Source: Leptogorgia sarmentosa (lineage: Eukaryota). Taken from it: a stretch of 64,000 nucleotides of DNA. Below, piece after piece: positions 1 through 12,700 of this stretch. Numbering within the stretch: position 1 is the stretch's first letter; each line of letters begins with the position of its first letter. Below the pieces are notes generated by a model. The model was not told where the DNA came from, made no database searches, and worked only from the letters and a program-made list of their open reading frames with translations. The position numbers were made by a program, and so were the translations under genes. The stretch is from assembly GCA_964658305.1 (NCBI GenBank), contig OZ210885.1:7068001-7132000 (forward strand). Reading direction: 5' to 3'.

Positions 1-392
1 TCAAAATTAAATAATACTGTTATATCAGTAATATTTGTATAAAAAATTACACGGTTCGAGAAGTATTAATGAAAAATTGCACGCGTGTTTGGCGAAATAC
101 CGCGAGTGCGAAGCACGAGCGGTATTTCGCCAAACACAAGTGCAATTTTTCATTAATACTTCGAGAACAAGTGTAATTTCGTATTAATATCATTGTAGTA
201 CACGTTCACTAACCTTTTTTGTCCAAAGTTGACAATAAATGACAGAAAAAACAAGAATTTTAGCGTTGATTTAAGCGTTTATTTATTTGTTTTTATAATG
301 TATCGCGGGCTCGAAACCGTGCAATTAAGTTTAATTTGCACAGTTGTTGAAGCTTTTTAGCCAATCAGCGTCCAGGAAATTGACAACAATGA

Positions 393-628
393 CACAGTAT
401 ACCTATACAGTAGTCCAACTCATTGTTTTTTTTGTAAGCTGTATACGTCATGATTCGTCACTCAGCAAGTGCCCTAAACAGAAGCATTCACCCCCCTGGC
501 AATACTCAAAATGAATAATATTCAGGGGGGTGAATGCTTCTGTTTAGGGCACTTGCCGAGTGACGAATCATGACGTATACAGCTTACAAAAAAAACAATG
601 AGTTGGACTACTGTATAGGTATACTGTG
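393..628. mobile_element. Palindromic MITE with CA..TG termini and 7-bp TSD (P-element-like)
   Basis: ~100-bp inverted arms CACAGTATACCTATAC... / ...GTATAGGTATACTGTG, flanked by ACAATGA on both sides. Confidence 0.8.
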
Positions 629-776
629 ACAATGATATTAAACATGTACATGCACTGCAAAAACATTGCCACGTGTCCCAATGCTCAATTTTCATTGGAC
701 AATTTGAATCTGAAATCAACTAATTATATTAAATACTGTACAATGCGTGAATATCGAGCAATTTATATTGACGTAC

Positions 777-3700
777 CTCCCTTTCCAATATACCACATCA
801 TTTGCAAACAGAAATCACAGTTCGTTGGCGTTACGAAACTATGAGCTTCGAAGGTGTGGGGTTGGGTAAAGCCTTGTTGAGTATAGTCGTTGATTTGTAG
901 TTTGCCCTAAACAAAAGTATAACTAAGTGTTAGCGAATAAAGGGCCAAATCGAACAGTTTTAATTTCAACAGCACGTACAGCCATTAAGAATTTCAGCGC
1001 GAAACACATCAGGGCTTTCAGCTTATAGCACAATGCCATTCATTTCGTCACTTATGGCGTAAATATGCAGCATGTTGGAACAAAGGGCGATGAAATCCAG
1101 AACTTAACGCACAACTCAACAAAGCACATGCGTATCAGCGACTGTAAACGGAACAAAATGGCGCAAAAGGTCAGAAAATAGGTGTCTTTTGAAAATAATG
1201 GAATGGATAGACGACCATTGGAAAATATTCATTCCGCCATACCGCCATCTTGTTTCGCCTACTGTCGCTGATGCATGTTGAATGCATGTTGAACAGAACA
1301 GAACAAAACAGAACAAAACGGAACAGAACAGAACAGAATGGAACAGAACAGGCGAAATGGAACAGAACAGAACAGAACAGAATGGAACAGAACAGAACAG
1401 AACAGAACGAAATGGAACAGAACGGAACAGAACAGAACGGAACAGAACGGAACAGAACAGAACGGAATGGAACAGAACAGAATGGAACAGAACAGAATGG
1501 AACAGGATAGAACAGAACGGAATGGAACAGAATGGAACAGGACGGAACAGAACAGAACAGGACAGAACACAACAGAACAGAATAAAACAGAACGGAATGG
1601 AACACAACACAAAGGAACAGGAGAGAAGAGAACAGAATACATGAAAAAATCACATCAAGGCATTACGCTTTATACATTTATGTAATTGTACAAACCTTGA
1701 GAACAATATCCATGGTATCTCTCTTGTGCAGAACAGCACTGCGGTGTCGTGAAAGAATTGTGTTGAATGTGACTACCTGGATATGAGCAAAATGGAAAAG
1801 AAACGACATTGAGCATAAATTGTTTGACGCTTTTCCAGGGTAAATCTCAAAATGCTTCCTTTGATAAATCGTGACTTCCAACTCTAATCAACTGTCGCCC
1901 TCGTTTTACCCGCGGCCTTTAGTTATTTTATATTGTACTTTTCTCGATGAGGGAAAGCAGTTACCAAAGAGGTCATATTTTACATTTTCGGTGTTCACTG
2001 CACTGAAGTCAAGACAACGTTGATGAAATGAAATGCATAATCGTGCATAATTCGATCTATTCAGTGCATAATTTGAAAGTGGTTGAATTGTTTCACGAAA
2101 TTCTGTTTTGCTTAGCGTGGTTTAGCACAGTAACAAGGGATTAAATTCGAACACAATAGAATTTGTAACCTTGAACTTTTTTAACTCTTTATTTAAAATC
2201 TTAGCAAGCTACAGTACCTCGTTTATTGAACGTTCTCTGCTTATTTTTTTATTCCTACAAGCATTCGGCTATCAGTCTTTAGTATACACCCAACCATCGT
2301 CTATTACAAATGCTACATTCTGATTGGCGACTCAGCCATTGTCTATTCCGTGATAGACCACGGTTCGCGAAAAAGCAAAGGTTTTTGAAGAATTTTCTTG
2401 ATAAAAATAATTCTGGGCATAGAGTGTATACTAAAACAATTAGACAACTCGGCCTCGTTGTCTAATTGTTAAATAGCCTGCGACGGGTACATACAATACA
2501 ATCTCAATTTTTTTTTCAATTACTGTACCTTCTTTGTGATTTGAGGTGGGTCTAATTTATCCCATATCCTTTTCCATCGATGAGCTCTACGATCGGCTTC
2601 TTCTTCTATTCGATTATATTCTTGCAGTTGGTAAGAACAACTACTGCTATCATAGTTCACTGTACCACCATACATACCACTCAAACAGCGCCTGAAAAAA
2701 AACATATTGCACAATTAGCATGTTAGGCTAAATCTTGATCCAGGGAAGGAGAGCGAAATCTATTGAGCATCATAATCTATTGAGCATCATAATCTATTGA
2801 CCATCATATTCTATTGACCACCATAATCTATTGACCATCATAATCTATTGACCATCATAATCTATTGACCACCATAATCTATTGACAACCATAATCTATT
2901 GACCATCATAATCTATTGACCACCAAAATCTATTGACCGCCATAATCTATTGACCACCATAATCTATTGATCATCATAATCTATTGACCACCATAATCTA
3001 TTGACCACCATAATCTATTGACCACCATAATCTATTGACCATCATAATCTATTGACCATCATAATCTATTGATCATCATAATGGTCAATAGCAAGTAAGC
3101 AAGTAAAAGCGCTAATGTTGCTGACGCCACATCCGTGATATGGCCTGATACGCTTTACTTCGGAACCGTATAACTCAACTTCAAAAACATTTCAACAGTT
3201 TGTATTTATATATTTTGATCAAGAACGGCAATGTCAATGCACATATCAATTTTTATAACTCGTTTGGGATATGATAAAGCTAAAATCCGACACCTAATTC
3301 TAGCTTGTTCTTCGATTACCGAAATATCGCCATTCGTGTTATTAAAAAAGTGTTATATAAAGCATTCAACAGTCATTTTTTGTCTCGTTTACCCACGAAA
3401 AAACTTGAAAAGTCAATAGATGAACACTCATTACTGTTCTGGTTTAAACTATGCCAATAGGAATTCCTGGAATGGATTTCATGTGAAGTTACAGGGTTCC
3501 AAAAAAAGCGTATCACGGATGCTGTGCAGTTTTAGCCTGCGTTTCCAGTTCATTCAAAGCTTCGGTGGTCTATGGTTAGACTGATTTAGACTCCGCTAAC
3601 ACGGTTTCACTGGATTCGCATAGCCACGACATCAAGTTGGCCAGTTTGAGGTGATCTTTACTCTTACAACTTTTTCTATGATTAGTTGGTAATAAATTCG

Positions 3701-6700
3701 GTAATATTATCCAGGATTTAAGAGATGTCGTGACCGTGTGGACCTAGGCCGGTTGTTTGTATCCCGTGTAGCTTAAATGGTGGATAAGTCCAAAATATCA
3801 AACAAGTCTACAGTATGTATTGCTTGAACCGTCAAAATAATATATTCCGATCCGAAAAGAATATTTATGTATACAACAACATATTTAGTGTTTAAAATTT
3901 ATGTTCAGTTATTCAGGAGTGTAATCTAAATTTGACTTATCCACTGTTTAAGCTAAACGGGCTACGAACAACCGGCTCCTGGTACCATTTAAACGAAGCT
4001 TAGCAAACGTGTTGTACCTGTTTGCATTATATTTGTCCTCAAACTTCTGCTGGCCTTCCTCGGCTGCCGTTTCCGTCTCGTTAATGAGTTCTTGATCAAA
4101 CGTTGGACCAGTTGAGACGTTTTCCGACACGAAATAACTCCACAACTTCAAGTTCGATATGTTACAATGAGGACGGAGTACCTAAGAAATATATAAACCA
4201 TAACTGAATTGGCCTCTCCAAGACTTGAATGGAGGAAAAATTCTTCGCAGCAATATTGAACAGTCTGAGTTCAGGTGAGTTTATTTATACGAACATATCT
4301 TATTACATGCATTATCATTATGGCTTGACTATGGGGCTCATAGGTAGTTTTATCCTATCATTAACCTGTATATCCAAACATGTGGGGCTGTTTGCTCGAA
4401 AGTTGGACAAAGCTATCACATCGGAGAGCGATTTTTTCAGGCTTCCTAAAACAACACGTTGATTGGTCTTTATTTAGATTAAACTTTGACATTTTCAGGT
4501 TGAATTTGTTTTTCATTAATTTTATGGTTTTTTTGAATATTTTTAACGGTTGAAAAAATCAATCTTCAGTTCATAAGTTATGAGACTTTCGAATAACCGA
4601 CCCTATGAATATTATTATATGAATACATGTATATATGTATATGAATATTTCACCAATAAGTCCTACAAAAAGAAACACTCCCCGAAAAAGGTCCTCTGAC
4701 GTCAATAATCCTGTGGGGTGGTTGGTATACGAGGAACGCAGCTCCCGGGGAAATAACCCTTTGGGAACCACCTTAAATGTAAAACGGCCTTAACAACTAC
4801 GCTTGCAAAAACTCACCTTGTCCGAGTGTTCTTTCGAATACTTAAAATTGTAGAACAGTGACGACTTTTTGTGAAGTTCAGAGACGTAGTCCCAAAGGCT
4901 TTTCCCACGTGTATTCTTACTCTCTTTATCATCGTCGTCAGAAAGCCATCCCATTTGTTGTCGTTCATGTTCTGAGTCGAGGAGGAACGTACGGAAGCGC
5001 ATTGAAACATGATGGTAAGCGAGGAAATGTAAGAAATATTCGTTGAATTCGAACGACAGTGGATATTGGCGGAGTATCTGCAACATATGTGAATATGAAG
5101 GTTAGACATGTCGCAAAGGGCGAGCGTTAGATCATATCGAACAAACGTACATGACGTCAGAATTTTAATATAACTGTTCATATTGTATTAGTATTACACA
5201 GCTGTGAACTAGTTTTATATAGATTAAGATTTTCTTTAATCCCAACCCAAACCCTAAGTACCAGCCCTGACCATAGAGGTCGGCAAAATATTGAGGAAAA
5301 AAAGTTTTAACTTGAAATCGCCAACGCGAAAGAAAAGTGTCGTACCGGGGCTTGAACTCTAAAACAGCAACGCAAGCACCGCGTGTCTAACCTCCTGAGC
5401 TAATTTTGAGCTCGCTGAAAACTGTCGTCAAGAAAACATTTTATAGAGAAAACTCGGTTAATAATAAAATTTACAGGAGGTGTCCGCTTATGAGAGGTTC
5501 ATTAATATCAAGTTCATATTTAACCATATTGCATCATCTTATTTTTGCCGATTTTTGGTGAAAAAATGGTAATAATGTCATATGCACTTTAAAAATTGTC
5601 AAATAAATATCATATTATTCCCATTATCCCAGTCATGCAGCCAACTCTCGTTAAAGCGGACACGGGGCCATCATTTAGTGTCACTAAACATTACAAAGTG
5701 TTCCCAATAGCGAGGTGTCCGCAAGGCGAGAGTTTACTGAGAATGGTGTCCGCTTACGAGAGGTGTCCGCAAGGATAGGTTCGACTGTATTTTACGATCG
5801 TTTTCCATTGCAGTCACTTTTCCCGCGCGGGCGGAGCGAACGATTTTAATCTCGTGGAAAATAAGTCGCGCGGGCACGCCAGGAAAGTTGAAAGCAGACA
5901 GAGAACGCTCAGATTTGACAACTATTGCAAAAGTTGAAACATGTTCGCTCCGCCCACGCGGGCAAAGCGACTGCAATGGAAAATGGGCTTTAAAATCCTT
6001 AGATTTCTCCAGGCCCTCCGATATTCCCCGACAGAAGAGATGGAATTTCTCCTATACAATATTCAACGTATGTGCTCCATGGGAATAGATCCAAATTCAT
6101 ACGCAGGGTGTTTTAGCAATACACCACCGTAATTGAAGCAATAGTGATTTCATAAGTCAGAATCGTCATTGTATATAATAATAAATTGCAATTGAGATAC
6201 ACAGGAATCGTAGGGGATAATCCATCACCACACCCATGTCCCATGTGTTCCCTTCTTGAAAATTTGGCAGTTCCCAAGGAATTACATATAACCGCTCCAG
6301 TGCTTTACAGGCGTAGCAAACGCCTGTACGCATCTTGTTTGAAATTAAATTCTATCGGGCTATTATATTTATCAGTTATATACCTGCCACGAGGGGTATT
6401 CGAGAAAAAATCTAAACGTCTCTAACATACTGGAGACGGGTTATTCGTCAACTTAACAGTCAAGCCCGTTTTTTACTTCATTATTTCGCCGCTGCCGCCA
6501 AAAAAAATTGACAAGGAAATCATGTTTTTACATTCGTTCGCCACTGAAGAAATTTGTTCCGCCTCTCAAGTGGTTGAAAATGTTCAACTTTTGTCCGACC
6601 TTTTACTGGCGGCGCGAAAAAAAAAAGGAATTAAATTTTTCGGTGGCGAGATTTTTCGAGATATACTTAAAAGTAGATTAAACAAACTTACTTGATGAAC

Positions 6701-9700
6701 TCCATCGAGGAATTGCAAAAAGACTGGTGCGAATCCACTTGACTGTGTGGACTGTGTGTGATTGCAACGGTGTGAAAAACGATGTCCAAACGAGAGCCAT
6801 TCTTTCTCGATCAACACTTGAAAACCATCGATTGTTCTGTAGTAGGAATCTAACATCACTTGTGCGAGAGATGTTATCTGCAAGCAAATGATACAACATT
6901 ATATCAGGATTCTGGGAATATCAGTGATGTCATTCACTGATCTTACTGATCTGGGGCCGGTTGTATCAAAGGCGTTTATAGCTTAAACGGTGGATAAGTA
7001 AAAAATATGAAACAAAATTATGAACTCTTGACAACAAGCAAACTAAAAATTTCTGTCCAAACACAACAACTGTACATAGAACTACACGTTTAGTTGATAA
7101 ATTATTTACAAAATGAATAGGAGTGTTTTTAAAATTTTGTTTATACACCGTTTAAGCTAAACGCCTTTGACACAACCGGCCCCTGGAAATTGAAGGATTA
7201 CGCACTGGGACATTCACCAAAAGTAGGTTTTCGAAATTTAGGGTTAGGTTTAAAAGGTTTTTTTAGGGTTAGGGTTAGTTTTATATTTTGGGTTAGGGTT
7301 AGTTTCAGGTTGATATAGCGCTTGGAAACCAATATTTTGGTGATAGATTTAGGAGCAAGCTACTTTTGGCGGATGTCCGAGTGCGCTTTCTGAAATTAAA
7401 GTGCCAAAAATAGGGCCAGAAGCCCGTCATAACTTAATGTGTATATGAAACGAAAATTTTTATTGCACTATGTGAAAGAAATTGCATTGGTGGCGAAATG
7501 TTGTGAAATACGGAATATATGTAGCTATAGCCTTGCGAGACATGAGCGATTTTTTGCTGCGATTTTCTCCTTCTGATGGATGTGAACGAGTGGATTACCA
7601 ACGAATGTGCGGAGTGCGTGATTCCTCACCAGAACAATTGTGACTGGTTTACTCGTTCACATCCGTTAAAAGGAGAAAATCGCACTAAAAATTCCCAGCA
7701 AATCGCTCGTGTGAACTGGCCGTCACAGCTCAAACACTTTATATTTTTACCTGTGACGTGATGTCCCAGCCATCTTCAAATGAGACCAGCACTGACGAGC
7801 CCTGAATATCAAGAAGGTCCACAACTGCACCCGAAATACGTAACACAAGCGACAACTGAAAAAAGAAGCAAGTTTAAGGTCGTTTTCTACTATAGGAAAA
7901 TTTTATTTTATAATTTTTTTTATAATTTAAGAGAAATCTTTTTGGCGTCCCTCTCAAAATCAAATTATTCTATGATTATTGTCTCGACAAAACTGTTTGC
8001 TATTATTGTCTGTTGGGTATTGAGAAACTGAAAGGAATATAAAAATTATGAGCATCAATGTTTGTATAACCAGGGCAATATAAATGAAGCTTAAATTTCA
8101 ACAATAAGTGGAAGATTTCAAATGTAATTTTCTCTTTGGCGTACCCTCCAAAATCTTTTTATTTTCGTTTTATATCATTAATTATGAATTCATCAAACTT
8201 TTTAAGTGAGTCTGTCGATTGAGAAACCTCAACATTTGAAATTTGTATTTCGACGAATTTGAGTTTTGAGCGCGAGACAACCTTCGTCTTAATTTATATA
8301 ATTTACAAGTGAGAAATTGCAACGTTTTGCAGCGAATTTTCTGTTCGCGTGAAGATATTCAACTACACGCGTAAAAATTATTACTTGCTCGAAGTCGATA
8401 AAAACAAGATGCATCAATTTTGTATTGTCCACATTGTTCATAGTTGTTAACAATATTGTTCGGCATTGTTGCACCTGATCGCGGGCTAGTTCAGGCTCAT
8501 TAAATAACTACTTAGTTAAATTTTATCAACCAAATGTGTAGTTCTTTTGGTTAATTAATTTTCCAATCTGAAACCTAGGTGATCTGAATACACGGAAAAG
8601 GACTGGGACTAGCTTTCAGATATAAACCCAGTTTTCGACTGAAACAACCGGAAATCTCCCATAATATACTTTATTTCGATTCCAAATTTTTGTCAAAGCT
8701 ATAGTTCTCATGAACAAACATAATTACAAAATTTCAACCAATTTCATACAGAATAACGGAAGATATAATCGAGTGAATATAGCAAAATGAATTTCTATTC
8801 AGACAACCCTTCCTGAGCTAATTCCTGATTGGCTAAAACATGAACACGAGATCGCCTGGACGAATGTTGTTGTATACAACCAGGTATTTGGTGCTTAAGA
8901 TTTTTGATTAGTCATTCACAAGACGAATGTAGGTGGAATTCTAGTTTTAACTTAAGCTAAACGGGCTACGGACAACTACGGGCCTGGCGTTTTGTGTTTT
9001 TATAAAAGAACCAAAGGAAATACATGTTATCTTTTGTATCTGTTTTGAATAATGAACAAAAACGTCGAATATGAATTAACAACTACAAATTTATAGTATA
9101 TATGTTTTCACTTAAAAACCTGTCCGTTTCGTCCGTCCGTGAGGGGTCTAGAACCTAGTAATGACATCACAACAATACATACAACATATCCACAATACCT
9201 GGTTGAACCATTCGCTTTCTTGTAGCGCTTTCAAAAACGATTCTCCCTGTGAAGGATCTTTGGGAGGCCCGCTGGGACAACAAACTTTGAATAATTTCTT
9301 TAAGCTTGTTTTCATGTCGCGCAAGTCTGGCATCTGAAAGATAAGGAATGGACCGATTGCATAATAGACAAAATTTTTAAAAATCTCGAAATAGTACAAT
9401 TCATAGCAACCGCGTTAAAGAGCATCCCAAAATTAGTAGAAACGTAAAGTTTGGGAGCGAAATGTTGTAAACGTGCAAGATATGATCCTATAAAGTTTGC
9501 AAATTTTGTATATGCACGGCAAATTGATACTCCTTTCGAGAAAAGGGTATCAGTTTTGCGTGCGTGATAGTAAAATCTACAAAATTTGCAAACTTCACAG
9601 GGGTATATTTTTCGCATTTCACAACATTTCGCAGCCAAACTCAGCAATTTTACCAACTTTTTAAAAATTTTGTCTATTAAACAATCGGTCCATTTGGTGC

Positions 9701-12700
9701 ATCTTGTACGGCGGAAAAAAAGTCGAATGGAAAGTTTATATATTTTTCTCAGACCCAATCAAAGGAAGCTTCGAAAAGTGCAATCGATGAGGTCTTTATA
9801 CCAATGCAGGGCCGTAACTATACAGGGTGTCCCAAAAAAGTGACCTCTATAGAAATATTCTTGTGTTGTTAATCTCGGATTATTGCACCTCTGGAAATTT
9901 AAATTAGCTTCTGTGGAACAGCAACAAAAGCGCGTGTTGTTATAAATACTTCTGTCGTTCAGGAACCATTCAATTCAATTCTCAAAGGCATAGGAACGCA
10001 CGTTAATTTGACAACAAAAGAGCTGATTTCTATAGAAGCCATTTTTTTTGGGACACCTGTAGAACGTTAATTGGGGGATGTATATTCATATGCTCATTTC
10101 TATTGAAATTAATTTAAAACAGATTTCGAAAAAAATTTATAAGGTAGAGAATTATATAATTTCTCTGAATCAGTAGAGAAATTCTGCTGTATTGAAACGA
10201 ATTAGCGATTCGGTCTCGCTTTCTAGTTACTGACGAAGGCTTTCAAGAAGGAAATATTAGTGGCCGAAGTCGAGAAGATTACAAGAAGTTTTTATTTTTT
10301 GAGACAGACATACCTCTGCTGGAACAAACTCAATTTTAGGATAAGATTCTTTCTTCAAATTCTGCAGAAAAAAGACAAAACATCAGTGACGGATGTGAAC
10401 GAGTAAATCAGTCGCGAATGTTCAGATGAACATTCGCATGATTCGCATGATTCGCATGATTCGCATGTTCAGGTGAGGAAGCACGCACTCAGGACATTCG
10501 TTATTAATCCACTCGTTCACATCCATCAAAAGGCGAAATCGCAGCAAAAAAATCGCTCGTGTAAACGGGCCTTGAGTGAAACCCACCGACAATACACCCA
10601 GTGCAATGGCCAGAGAACATGAGATCGATGATAAAATCAAATCTTACCTTTAAATTCCCTTTATCACCAAACACATACAAGGCAGCTGGTTCCCAACCTT
10701 GCGTAATCATTGCTTTGTCAACGGTTGAAACTCGCTTTATGTCGCTTTCATTCGCACGGAGATCCATAGTTGCCGATGACATGTTGGCGTTGGACGCAAG
10801 AGATTTTTGCTTCGCAGTCGCTTTGCTTTTGGATACAGGAGTTGCAGAAACTAAATGTGGTGAAAAAAATTGTCAACTATGACGGAAGAAGTAGTATATA
10901 TTTGTTGTACAAATAAATATTGTGAAAGTCAATAAGGATCGTTTAAACGTCGGGTTTCAGTCGCATGGAATGCAATTCAAAATTTCAAACAATAGAGAAC
11001 GAGATGACTTAGCCGTTTAAAACGTGCCTAAGAGGGGAACTTTTCCTAAGCCGCGTATTTTCGACGAAATGTGTTCAAAAATGTTTCTTCTTGGCGTTCC
11101 TCTCAAAATCAAATTGTTCTACGATTATTATCCCGTCAAAACAGCACGCTATCTTGGAAATTAAATTTGCGAATTGAGAAACTGAAAGAAATATAGAAAT
11201 TAGGAGCTCTGATATTCTCATAACCCCCCCAGCGCAACATGATTGAAACCTTGTTCTCAGTAATAAAAGTAAGTGAGATCTCAAACGTAAATTTCTCTTT
11301 GGCGTACCTGCCATGCAAAATGTTTTCTTTTCATTTTATATTGTAATTTTCTTTTTTTGAAAGAAGTGAACGAGTGACTCATAAAGAACGCTCTGAGTGC
11401 ATGTTCCCTTACCTGAACAATCGTAACAGTTTCACTCGTTCACATCCGTGAAAAGTAGAAAATCGCGGCAAAAAATCACCTTTAAGCCCGTTTTCCACTC
11501 ATGTATTTCGCGGCCGCTGGCGAAAAATTTCGCCACCGAAAAATTTAATTCGTTGTTTTTCGCGCCGCCAGTGAAAGGTCGGACAAAAGTTGAATATTTT
11601 CAACAACTTGAGAGGCGGAACCAATTCAGTGGTGAATGAATGTAAAAACATGATTTCCTTGTCAATTTGTTTCGCCGGCGGCGGGCGATATAATGGAGGG
11701 GAAAACGGGCTTATTGAACCGCAGAGACTTACCCACGGATGATAAATACTTGTCCTGTTCAACATTGGAAGAACGAATGGCGTCCGTACTCCCTCCACTG
11801 GCAGCAACCCCAGTTCGGATGATAGAAGCAACAGAGCTACGTTCAATCGCCGACGACCGCAGTAAAACAGCTTTATTCTCACGGTTTTTCCACGTTGCGA
11901 CAGGAAATCGCATGTGGCGATGGTTTTTGGCGACCCGCAGTATAGAGTCGTCGGACACGTGATGAGGAACGACCAACACAGCCGGGTAACTACAACAAGA
12001 ATGGAAAGGCAGGATTAGCAAGGTGTTAACTATCGTTTCTCGACTTCCGGCCACTAAAATTCCACGTTTTAAAAAGCCGGTTTTCCACTAGCGACTTTTG
12101 TCGCGCGAATCGATTTTTTTCTTTTGTCTTGATGCAAGTAGTTCCAGATGGTTCCAGTCGAAAGCTCAAGGACAATGGAAAATATTCGCTTCGCGCGACA
12201 AAATCGCTAGTGGAAAACCATAGGTAGCCCAACGCACGCATGACGTAACATCGAGTAGTATAATATGACAAGGTTGGCAAGTAAACAATAATATGACTCG
12301 CTACCGCTTAAAACAAGGCGAAAAAATCAACCTCTTGCGAACGAACTTCGCTAAAAAATAGCAGCCCCTGCTTCTTGGATAGTATTACTAAATATATACA
12401 ACGTTTTTCGGCAACAAAACGTGTGAAAAAGTCGAAAAAATACGAAAAGTTTCTCTTAATTTGCCGTGTCTCGATGCTGGATGCCTGTTGCCGTGCAAAA
12501 ATTGCCGTTTGAAATGACGAATACGCGATCCTATTGGTTATAAATAAACCGACAAAATAACCCACCAATAGGATCGCGTATTCGTTATTTCAAACGGCAA
12601 TTTTTGCACGGCAACAGGCATCCAGCATCGAAACACGGCAAATTAAGAGAAACTTTTCGTATTTTTTCGACTTTTTCATACGTTTTGTTGCCTGAAAACG

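Noticed and set aside
1116..1685. Several 86-164-aa ORFs (e.g. FCSVL and EQNRT repeats)
   Set aside because: Translations of a pentanucleotide microsatellite within an SBF intron.
7238..7305. TTAGGG telomere-like repeats
   Set aside because: Few, degenerate, and internal to a small inverted-repeat element; not a telomeric array.
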